DNA of 64,000 nucleotides, taken from assembly GCA_035084275.1 (NCBI GenBank), contig CM068745.1, positions 5,208,001-5,272,000 of the forward strand, in the 5' to 3' direction. The notes under the pieces were generated by a model. That model did not search any database, had not been told where the DNA came from, and saw only the letters and a list, made by a program, of their open reading frames with translations. This document shows positions 53,301 through 64,000 of this stretch, in pieces; the first letter of the stretch is position 1; every line of letters begins with the position of its first letter. The position numbers were made by a program, and so were the translations under genes. This DNA is from Hydrolagus colliei. Its lineage: Eukaryota.

Positions 53301-55999
53301 ATACAGTAGCCAGAACATCGACTTAGCCTATACTAAGGAGAAGACATGAAAAGCACTATATAAAATACAAAAAATACTATTATACTTGCCCCTAAACCTG
53401 GAAATGGTACTGAAGGAACACTCCCTTGAATATTATTTTATCCTCTTTTCCCTTTGACTGCAGCAAGCTTAAGGGGTCTCCAGGCCCTATGTGCGACTGC
53501 CTCTGGCAATTTTCATCTCGCCTCATGAAAAATTTATATTATTCAGAAAACAAGCTATTCATCCATTAAGTTTTATTATTGCAATAATAAACATAAAAAT
53601 AAAGATCAAGTGTATTTTTAAACAATATTTTACAAAACTTATGGAAGCATGCCATATGTAGCTCTAAAGTGTGATATTCACAAAACAATTGGAATAATTT
53701 GAAACTTTTGGTTTGGAACTTAGTATGTTCAAAATTCACAATTGACGTCTTGTAAATCCTAAATTAACACAAGTCTTAAAAATAGGTTTCTTACTCCCTG
53801 TTATACTGCTCAGTTTTCATAGTGAAAAATTCAATTTCAGTGCTATGCATCTGATTTTGAAATCACCTCTAGGTGCTCCTGAAATCACCTCTAGGTGATG
53901 ATTTGGGAATTGAGTCAATGCTACTGAGTAGAATAAAATATTTTATTGTGGTTGCTTTCAAATAACGTTTTCAACGTAAAATCCTTTAGGATATCTTTCA
54001 GGTTTTAAATGCTACTGGGGAAAGAGTCACACACCCAACTATTAAATAACATTAAAAAATAAAATATAGTTCCACGTAAGTTGGCAAAACTCTCCTCAAC
54101 CCCGGCAAGATTGATTAGCAGAAGGGAGTATATAGCAAGATTCCGCACTGAATCACAGCTACTAAAAGCAGTGATTCAGTTTTTCATTGGTTTTGTAATA
54201 TAAAAATTTCAAACATCCCTCCACGCCATTGAGCTCAGTCTAGGCTGACACTCCAATGTAGAACTGGTGGTGTTGCAATATTGGAGGTGCCATCCTTCGG
54301 ATGAGACATGAAACTAGGGTCCTATCTGCCTGTTCATTAAAGATTCCATGGCACAATGACTTAGCCAACAAGACTGCAGATTAAAAATTTCAGTCATGTC
54401 ATGGCTCTTTATGGCAAACCGTTGTTCATAACTTAGTTTCTGTATTTGCCGACAAACAACAGTCGCTGTGATTTACAGTACGGTTCCCCAAGACATTTCG
54501 AGAAAGTAAAGCGACAACAACAACAAAAATTGCATTTGTTGTAGAGCCTTTCATTTCGGGAGGACTCCAATATAACATACAAGGAATATTGTTTTATAAC
54601 CAAAAATTAGTGGAATCCTGTAGCTCAGTGGTTAGAGCACTTGACTCTCAAGCGAAACACTTGGGTTTGATTCCTGGCAAGGCGAAACCTTGGGCAAGTT
54701 TCCTTACTTCACATGCCTCTATTTACCTAGCAGTAAGTAGGAACCTGGTTGTTAGTCAATTTGTCAATCACTTTTCAGGGGATAATAATTCCTTCCAAAA
54801 GTAAAATAACAATCGTTTGGTCACTCAATCCACAGCTGTTTGTGGGATACTGCAGTGCACGTTGGCTGCCGCATTTCGCCCACAAATTATACATCATTTT
54901 ACAGTATATTCTGTGAAGCTCTTTGAGACATTTAGAAGACATAAGGTGCCATATCAAATGCTAGGATCATGATTCTTATTATTCCTAACTGATGAAGTGC
55001 AAAATAAACATGTATTTAGCCATTATGCACACAATACTATTTTTTGTATATCAACAATAACTTTCTAGGAAACGTTTGTCTATAAAATACACAGTCACTG
55101 CACTTACACTTTGACGGGTTCTCACAGCGTGAAAGGTGCTACAGTATATGAAATGGAAAGATTATTTAATTTATTTTCAACTAAATGTAAAAGGGCCACT
55201 AAAGTATTTTTTTTATTCTCAAAATAAAACCACACAAGTGGATTTTGAGGGGCGCATATTCCACTAGGAATTACTTTTTAACAAACTGCTTTTCTTTAAA
55301 ATTAAAATTCAGATGAAAATAATTTTTTATAGATCGATTTTCACCCTCTTCGGGAAAGAATCCCCAAAATAGGGTAAAGTAAAAATCAGTTTTTAAAAAA
55401 AATGTTTTAATGGACCTGGAACATGAGTCTAAACTCTTCAGAAAAGCAACATAATGAATCACAGAAATTCTACATTGCCACAGAACCAATTGCCCTCCGG
55501 ACATGTCTAAGCTACTTCCCCAAACTCATTTCTAAGATCAGAACCACATAAAAATAACATCAATCACCGAGTCTTTTGGGTTCACTCTTGAACACAGCAT
55601 CAAGAAAACTACATAAACAGAATGACAGTAAACTTATTATTCCAGTTGAAATCTGCTCGTCTCTTTCCCCCTTTTATTTCGAGCCTTTTCTTTGACACAT
55701 GTTCGTCCTTGCCCATTAACCCTTTGCCCTCATGTCCAAGAATTCTATTCACATTACAAAGCATTACAAGGTACTTTTGTTAGCATTGCTTAGCTCAGTT
55801 GTCCAGTGTCCAAAGTGGCACAAAGGCATCATGGAAATCAGCTTTCCCGTGACACTCACTTGACACAAGAAGAGGAGAAATTTCCAGATAATTTACACCT
55901 TCTGGGAATGTTCAATTAATTATAGATCAATTGAGGAGCATGTGAGGCATCACAGTGACCCCACATACTGACTGCAGCAGTGCCTTCAGACTGTGTCAT

Positions 56000-57055
56000 A
56001 GGGCAAGCTGGCCCCATATCAGCCTGTCCACCTCCCCCACTTGGCAGAAGCGCTCCTCTCCTCTCCTCCAGGTCCTCCACACTTCCCGCCCCACCATTGG
56101 GCATTCAAAATCTCTATTCCCGCACTCTGGAACTGTATCCCGCAATACCTCTACCTAATCCCCTCTCTTGGCACCTTCGAGTTCCTTCTAATGACTTTCC
56201 TCGATGACCGTGTCTTCAGCCACTCTCCTACCTCCACCTCCCATCTGTCCTGCATCCCCCCCTGATCCCAACTCCCAGCTTGGGTCCAAACTGCAAATCA
56301 TTTCACTATTTCAGTAGATTCTCTTCCTGTGTTGATTTGGATTTCCAAGTGATAAGAGATCCTAGACTTCTTTATCTCTAAGATAGATAACATCCACTTG
56401 CCTGCCTCCTCCTACACCCCCTCCCTCCTCCATGCCTCCTTCATCACTCTCTCCTCTTACCACGGTTCCTACAATGGCCCCCACCCTACACTCCTTTGCC
56501 CCCATCTCTCACTCCTGCCTTTCCCCATACCCACATGAAGCCCACCACCTACTGCTTGACCCCCTCCCTACCCAACTTCTGGTCACTCAATATCCTTTCT
56601 CCATAGATGCTGCATGACCTGCTGAGTGTTCCCAGCAACTTCTGTTTTTATTTCAAACTTGCCCTTCCTTGGCAAAGTTTGGGAATGCGTCATTGGAAAT
56701 CAACTTCACTCATACCTCTCCCTCCCACCCCCCATTCCACTCACTATTCGAATCTCTTCAGTCTACAGCACAGAGATAGCGCTCGTCAAAGTAACAAATT
56801 ACATCCTCTCTATCTGCGACCAGGGCGTCCTCTTGTCTCCTTGACCTCTCCAGCAGATTCAACAGTCGATCATGCCATCCTCAGCCACTGCCTCTCTTCC
56901 CTCATCCACCTTAGGGGACTGCACTCGCATGGTTCAAGTCCAACTTAACAAACCACCAACAATATATCTGGATTTTCGTTCCACCCCCGCCTGGTCACCT
57001 GAAGAATACCCCAAGGCTCCATCCTTGGCCCACTACTTTTCCTTGTCTACATATG
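56000..57055 (+). mobile_element. Cluster of degraded L2 fragments (3' UTR piece and RT N-terminal piece)
   Basis: LLLDPLPTQLL, STEIALVKVTNYIL and STVDHAIL resemble L2 RT motifs. Confidence 0.75.
56596..56657 (+). mobile_element. Second fragment of the same Penelope-like terminal repeat, inside L2 debris
   Basis: tttctccatagatgctgcatgacctgctgagtgttcccagcaacttctgtttttatttca matches 36783-36840. Confidence 0.7.
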
Positions 57056-57964
57056 AGAGCTACCTTCACAGGATCTTCACAGGCTGACCAGGATGGCATT
57101 TTTCCAGCTGCGCCACATTGTCACTCTGTGTCACTTATCCCCAATAATGTTATGATTGCATCAACAGGGATGAGATGGAACTTCTACATCCAATCAATTT
57201 GTGGTAAATTTTGTTGGTGCTCCAATGTGAAGATCCACCCTTTGTTCTTAAAATCAAAAATTTTATCGAGGCGACGATAGGAAGACTAAAAGCTATTATG
57301 TCCATCTAGCTGATCTGGTCATTTAGATTCATAGATGGAGAAAATTGACAGACATTTATCTATTTTCTACTTCATGCCAAGTACTCTCTCATTTCCATTT
57401 GGCAACTGTCCAATCCCATTTGAAAGTTTAGACTGATGACTGGCTTAATCTATTCTATAAATCAATGGTCCAGGCTGAAATGAAAAGATTGATTCAAGAA
57501 GTTTTTGACATCCATTTATTTACCTAGTGGAAAGGATGGACCTCCCTACCTCTCTGACCTGCAAACTCCCCAACCCACTACCTACTGCTTCCGCTCGACT
57601 GGCTCCAGCCTCCTGTGGCAATGGTGACATCATGACCAGGGAATCTGCAAACTTGACTGAATACTCATTTGAATGCAGACTCAATGTCTGTTAGAATGTT
57701 GCCTTCCTGTTTGCACGGTATTGTTTTGGTCGTTTACGCCCCACAGATAGCAGATGAACACTGGGCTCACTGTCTCGCAGGTCAACCATGTTGTTATTGT
57801 TTGAAGGGATCCTGATTTGCATAAAAACTGATTGTCTCTAGGAATTAGTATTTTGTGAGTGTCAAAACAAAACAAAATAAAAACATTAGGGGTTTGAGCA
57901 GGCAGCAGTTTCACCTTGGAGGGACATGTAAAAAGAGATGGGTCACCTCGCTCTAACTGCTCAA

Positions 57965-58670
57965 ATAACAACAAGAAAATTACACTGGTATAGCGCCTTT
58001 CGGTCAGGAGGACATCTCAAGGCACTGGACAGTCATTGTTTCAGACCTGAGCTGGGATCGGGGAGGATTGGAGGGAAAGGGGGGGATTCAGGGTGACCAA
58101 TGGGATCGTTGGGGAAAAGGGTCTTGAGGCAGGACTTCAAGGAAGCTAGAGAGGGCCGAGGCGGAGGGACTGTGGGATGGATTTCCAGAGGTTGGGGGCA
58201 GTGTGGCTGAAACCTCTCCCACCAATGGTGGGGCGGGTGAGTCGCGGGCAGTTTGGTAGGGGGTTAGGAGGTCACAGAGGTAGGATGGGGCCATGGTGGG
58301 CTTTGAATATGAGGACCAGGATCTTGAATTGAATGCTCTGGGTAATGGGGAGCTGATGGGAGTCGAGTGAGAATGGGGGAGATGGGGTCATGAAGCTTGG
58401 AGCGATAGTGGACATGGGCCCCAGAGTTCTGGATTAACTGTCTATGAAGGGAGGAATTGGGAAGGCCGACAAGCAGACACGTTGGTGTAGTCGAGAAGGG
58501 ATGTGATGAAGGCGTGAATAAGGGTTTCAGCAGCCTGAGGGGTGAGGTAGTAGCGGAGTCGAGCAATATTGCAGAGGAGAGGGAAGGCAAAGCGGGTCAT
58601 GGCTTGGATATGGGGGAAGAAAGACAGTTGAGGATCGAAGACACCTAAGCTCCTGACTGGCTTGGTGAGG
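57965..58670 (-). mobile_element. L2 LINE 3' fragment with stem-loop and (TTG)n tail
   Basis: Frameshifted L2 RT C-terminal peptides (LLVGLPNSSLHRQLIQNSGA; APSYLCDLLTPY) and a family-B 3' end. Confidence 0.85.
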
Positions 58671-60176
58671 TTGATTGTGCAATAATAATAAGTCTAGCAT
58701 TTGATATAGCACTTTTCAAGGCTTCTAGACATCTCAAAGCGCTTCACAGAATATACTGTAAAGTGAATTGGCTGTAAATTTTGTGGGCGAAATATGGCAG
58801 CCAATTGGGCACTGCAGTGTCCCACAAACAGTCGTGGATTGAAATGACCAATGTTTTTTTGAAGCATTATTATCGGGCGTGTGGGGTAAGGAAACGTGCT
58901 CACGGTTTCGCCCTGCCTGGATTCAAACACAGGTCTCAGGCTTGTAAGGCGAGTGCTCTAACCACTGAGTTAAAACCCACTTCCTCTATCCTTTGTTGTT
59001 GTTGATGTGCCCTCATATGAAGGATAACCAATAGGACGAGGTGCCAGTACACATGGAACAGTGTCCCAGCCATGAGGTCACTGTTTTAAGGAAAAGGGAA
59101 TGAAATTGGAAAGAAAAAATTGTTAAGTCTTCCATTAAAAGCTGGAATGGATTTAGCCAGTGCTGTGCCAACACAATGGAGCGCCTGTCAATTTTAGCCA
59201 CTTATTCAAAGGATTATATAAAACAAGCATAAATGTGCTTAATCCAAAAGTGAGCATAAGCACACAGAGATCCAAAACAGTACCATGACTGGAGCCAGTT
59301 ACGCAAATATGTCACCTCTGACTGAACCCTTTATTTCAATAAAGCTCATTAGCCCTCCACAAATACAAAAAACAAACAAGTCCCAGAATTATCATTCAGC
59401 CAGGAGCATGGTCAACGGGATACAAAGATTGTGTAAATCCACAACATTTCTATTCACCATGGCAGGCAGTCAGGAAACATTAAACACTCAGCTTTATTCA
59501 ACACTCACATATCTAACATGTCAAATCTTTGATACGAGGGTACAGCCTCTGATACTGACGAATGGGAAAAAATGTCCTCATATCGCTAATGGAGTAGAAA
59601 GAGAAAAACTTTCATTTTTATGTTCATCATTAGATAGATTCAAACATCTCAAAGTCTGGTGGGAATGGTGAAGATGGGGTTTCTTGAGCTTGGAGCGGTA
59701 GAGGACACGGGCCACTTAGTTCTGGATGATCTGCAGCCTATGGAGGGAGGAATAGGGAAGGCCGACAAGCAGAGTGTTGGTGCAGTAGGGAACGGCGATT
59801 AATCGGTTTTTCGATTAAACCCGATATGATTTTCAGATCGGTATGCCGATATGGTGATTCTAAAAAAACTGTTATATCGAGAGATTCGATTTAAAAAATA
59901 TACATCGATATATTTTTAATATCGTACCTGGCAATATATCAATATTGTTGGTATTATCAGTGTAATGCGATCTTTTCCAGCTTACCTTGTCGCCGGCATT
60001 GCAACCTCCTAGACCTAGAGCATGGAATGCGCGTACATTCGGTGCGCGCGCACAATTAACGGGCGCGCACATCCGATGCGCGCGCACACTTTACTGTGTA
60101 TACTCGACGTGAGTCATGGCGTCTTAACAAAGTCGCATCGCTGAAAATTGTAGTTTGAAAATTTACCTTTCTCATC

Positions 60177-60533
60177 ATGGGGAAAAGAAGCCCCGTATGG
60201 GACTACTTTGAAAACAATGCAGTCAGTAATGGTGTGTATAGATGTACAGTTTGCAAGGTCTTGGTTAAGACATCTGATTCGAGCACGAGCAACCTGCGAC
60301 AACACATTAAGCAGCACCACCCCGCCCAGCACGCTGCCCTCAGAGCGAAATCATTGTCGACAACAGCAGGAAGTCGAACCAGCGCTTCGGAGAAAGCGAC
60401 AGGTAGTGGGGCCAGTGCAGCTCAAACAATTCCTGCTTTATTTAAGAGGAGAACATTGTACCAGAGAGGGGACAAAAAGTGGCAAAGTATCACGAACGCT
60501 GTCACTTTTTGCATAGCAAAGGAGAGCTTGCCA
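60177..60533 (+). pseudogene. N-terminal ~119 aa of a hAT transposase: BED zinc finger plus following helix; catalytic domain not seen
   Basis: SPVWDYF...CTVC...STSNLRQHIKQHH (W, CxxC, Hx3-4H BED signature), then KKWQSITNAVTFCIAKESLP resembling ZBED1-like transposases; Kozak ATCATGG. Confidence 0.88.
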
Positions 60534-60845
60534 ATGGCGAAGGACATTAATTCAGACTTCAGACTACATAAAAATAAGTGGCATTTTGTGGCTGTAAGTG
60601 TTATTTTTGTGTGTGAGAGAGTTAGAAGCCAGATTATCACTGCCTCTATGTGTGTGTCTAGTCAGACACACACAGCAGTGATAATCTGGCTTCTAACTCT
60701 AACAGTCAGACTGTCTGTCTCTCTCTTTTCTATTGTAATAGATCTCATTTACACGTGGACATTACATGCTACTTTCAAGCAAGAAATGGAGGAGAATAAA
60801 TTTCTAGATTTTGTTTTTGGTGTGTGTGTGTTCTATTTTGTGTTT

Positions 60846-61750
60846 AGAGATGGAGGGAGAGAAGGAGAGGGGGAAAGTTGGGAAAGAAGGAGAGAGGAAG
60901 AGAGGAGAGGGAGGGAGAGAATGAGAGGGGGAAAGGAGGGAGAGAAGGAGCGAGGGGAAAGGAGGGAGAGAAGGAGAGAGGAAGAGAGGAGAGGGAGGGA
61001 GAGAAGGAGCGAGGGGAAAGGAGGGAGAGAAGGAGAGAGGCGAGGGAGGGAGGGAGGAAGAGAAGGAGAGGGGGAAAGTTGGGAGAGAAGGAGAGAGGAA
61101 GAGAGAAGAGGGAGGGAGAGAAGGAGAGGGTGAAAGGAGGGAGAGAAGGAGCGAGGGGAAAGGAGGGAGAGAAGGAGAGAAGAAGAGAGGAGAGGGAGGG
61201 AGGGAGAGAAGGAGAGGGGGAAAGGAGGGAGAGAAGGAGCGAGGGGAAAGGAGGGAGAGAAGGAGAGAGGGGAGGGAGGGAGAGGGGGAAAGTTGGGAGA
61301 GAAGGAGAGAGGAAGAGAGGAGAGGGAGGGAGAGAAGGAGAGGGGGAAAGGAGGGAGAGAAGGAGAGAGGGGAGGGAGGGAGGGAGCGACACAAGGCGAG
61401 AGGGGAGGGAGAGAAGGAGAGAGGGGAGGGANNNNNNNNNNNNNNNNNNNNNNNNNNNNNNNNNNNNNNNNNNNNNNNNNNNNNNNNNNNNNNNNNNNNN
61501 NNNNNNNNNNNNNNNNNNNNNNNNNNNNNNNNNNNNNNNNNNNNNNNNNNNNNNNNNNNNNNNNNNNNNNNNNNNNNNNNNNNNNNNNNNNNNNNNNNNN
61601 NNNNNNNNNNNNNNNNNNNNNNNNNNNNNNNNNNNNNNNNNNNNNNNNNNNNNNNNNNNNNNNNNNNNNNNNNNNNNNNNNNNNNNNNNNNNNNNNNNNN
61701 NNNNNNNNNNNNNNNNNNNNNNNNNNNNNNNNNNNNNAGGGGGAGGTAGG
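60846..61750. repeat. Complex polypurine minisatellite (GGAGGGAGAGAAGGAG... units) spanning an N gap at 61432-61737
   Basis: Directly visible A/G-dominated tandem array; explains the long spurious ORFs. Confidence 0.95.
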
Positions 61751-64000
61751 GAGCAAACAACATCGTATAATTCAACAGACCTTGACACCAACATTACAAA
61801 ATTTCTGGACCTAGAGCACACATTTCGAAATGTGCGTGCACCGCGACTGCGCGCGCATCGTCAGTGCGGACGCACCGTCAATGCCCGCGCACCGCGACTG
61901 AGCGCGCACCATAAATTCGCGCGCGCCATCAATGCACGCGCACTTCGAATGCACGCGCATGCGCAGTATAAAAACTCGATAGATCGGTTTAAGCAGGTAT
62001 GAGCAAACCGATATATCCATATCCGGAAAAATCCCATATCGCCGTTCCCTATGGTGTAGTCAAGCCTGGATGTGATAAACGCATGAATGAGGGTTTCAGC
62101 GGCTTGAGGGGTGAGGTGGTGGCAGAGTCGGGCGATTCACCTATAAATATATGCAGTCAATTCACTTTACAGTATATTCTGTGAAGCGCTTTGGGACGTT
62201 GATAAGATGTGGAAAGCGCTATATCAAATGCAAGGATTATTATTGTGTTGCAGAGGTGAGGTGAGGTGAGGCAGAGCAGGTCAGAGCTTGGATGTGGGGG
62301 AAGAAAGACGGTTAATGGTCGAACAAAACACCTAGTTTCCTGACTGGCATGGTGAGGCACCTCCACCAATGCAGCAAACACCCAACAGCGTATTAGAGTG
62401 TCATCCTGGTTTAAAGTCCTGACATGGGGTTTCAATCCACAAATCTTCTCACACACAAGCAAGAGTCCTACCAAATGAGCCAGGTTGATACTCTAGGCTG
62501 ACAGGTTCTGTATCAATTCAGATAAATCAATACCTTACTTCATTTGATTGTCGTAAAATCTTCAAAATATATGGTCAAAACAAATGCAATTCTCCTAACA
62601 GCATTTATACATTCCATCTGCCAAAATATTAACTTGAAAATGATTCTGTTCAACTGCAAAATATACGCAATTATAATGTAAAGCTAACTTACTAATATTC
62701 ATTGTTACATGTAGTTTAATAATTTTATATTTGATATAACACTTTGTCATGTCTTCTAGATGTCTCAAAGCGCTTCACAGAATATACTGTAAAGTGCAGA
62801 GACTGTATATTTTGTCTGCGAACAAGGCAGCCAATTGCGTACAAGTCCTGCACTTATTTATGGATTGAATGACCACATTTGATTTTGAGCGAACAAAGCA
62901 AAAGGCCTTGTGGGTGCCAAATGTCAGTGGGTAACAGTAAGAGGCATCGGTAGAGCAACTTTAAGTCTGGAGAAACGTTTTTTGCACAAATAATCCATTA
63001 GACATTTCCTCTTGAGCAATCCAGGTCTATACACACTGATCTCAAACACTTAAGATTAATTTGCATCAAACTGGTCACTGGTCACATCTGCCTCTCCCAC
63101 CATTCTTCAAAATGGGTTCAATTTCAGTTAGGGTGAAACTTTGGGCAAGTTTCCTTACTGCACACGCCTAATAATAAACCCTCAAAAAAAAACACAATAA
63201 TAAAATTGGTCATTTCAATCCATGACTGTTTGTGGGACACTGCTGTGCGCAACTGGCTACCAAGTTGCGCCCACAAATATACAGTCAATTCACTTTACAG
63301 TATATTCTGCAAAGCATTTCGAGACGTCGTTAAGATGTGAAAAGCGCTATTTTGGAATTTGACCCATTTTGGAATGTAGAATTAAGGGGAATAATGTCAA
63401 CCCCTTTTTGGATAGTTCTGAGATGTATTTACATAAGATAATGGTAGTACAGGCCAGCTCCGATACATACTCCAATGTTGAGCATGAGTTTATTGTAGTA
63501 CAACTGGCTTTCCCCAGTTCATCTCCATGAACATTTTCTCCTCCAGCCGTGGACTGTCTCGCACATCCTGGTCCTCACCTTCAAAGCCCTCCATGGCCTT
63601 GCTCTCCCTTACCTATACAACTTCCTAACCCCCTACTAACTCGACCATCCCCCCGCTCAGTGGGTTCTGCGCTGCTTCATGTTCCCCGCCTTAACAGGCC
63701 CTTCAGCCACTTTGCCCCCACCCTCTGGAACTCCATCACGCAATCCCTCCACCTCGCCCCATCTTGTGTCTCCTTCAAGACCTGTCCCAAGACCCTCCTT
63801 GTCGACTGTGCCTTCGATCACCCTGGCCAGGGGAGGGAGAAGGGAAAGGAGCATGTATTTCTCTCCCGGTGATAAGGATCTCATGACAGCCCGAAGCCTG
63901 TCTCACTATTTTAGTTAAAAGATGTTGTTGTCTGAAGGTGGCTTGATTTGTATGAAAAGTCATATTCTGTAAACAGGGGAGTGAGCAACCTTATCACTTG

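Larger units (their letters stand above)
59786..62051 (+). mobile_element. Non-autonomous hAT (Ac/ZBED1-type) DNA transposon, internally deleted
   Basis: Perfect 14-bp TIRs TAGGGAACGGCGAT / ATCGCCGTTCCCTA; 8-bp TSD TGGTGCAG (59778-59785) / TGGTGTAG (62052-62059); CGAT-rich subterminal repeats; inserted in an L2 fragment. Confidence 0.93.
59670..62358 (-). mobile_element. L2 fragment split into three pieces (59670-59785, 62060-62135, 62248-62358) by the hAT element and a SINE tail
   Basis: Pieces are colinear with the uninterrupted copy at about 58380-58670. Confidence 0.85.

Noticed and set aside
60804-62002. Several 300+ aa ORFs on both strands
   Set aside because: Polypurine minisatellite plus N gap; no coding signature
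43991-64000. Upstream TMEM135 exon (VLLFCITAAMYMFFF-like)
   Set aside because: No matching minus-strand exon found by eye; the intron probably runs beyond the window. The FCCITAN peptide near 5228 is on the wrong strand and side

Overview
Eukaryotic, AT-rich, repeat-dense vertebrate DNA. The repeat complement (tRNA-headed Deu-type SINEs, L2 and CR1 LINE fragments, a shark-type Penelope terminal repeat) points to a cartilaginous fish, plausibly a holocephalan such as Callorhinchus (inference). One host gene is present: the 3' part of TMEM135 on the minus strand. It has nine GT-AG exons (43990 down to the TGA at 19565, 883 coding nt, phases consistent), numbered 7-15 by analogy to the human gene from memory. 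The upstream exons lie beyond 64000, and about 1-16500 is downstream intergenic DNA. The rest is transposon-derived: a hAT-Ac derivative with an intact BED zinc-finger ORF (59786-62051, containing an assembly gap at 61432-61737), hAT-Charlie, Tc2 and Tigger MITEs, more than 20 SINE copies, and many LINE pieces. I see no prokaryote-style system. The best candidates for something new are: (i) the BED-finger-only hAT derivative carrying a near-perfect 83-nt hairpin; (ii) a palindromic Penelope remnant with a decayed hammerhead core; (iii) a SINE apparently combining CORE and Deu domains; (iv) a covarying 3' stem-loop shared by three retroposon families and often inserted alone as about 60-bp units. 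Repeat boundaries without TIR/TSD evidence are approximate. Family names come from recalled consensus features, not from database searches.
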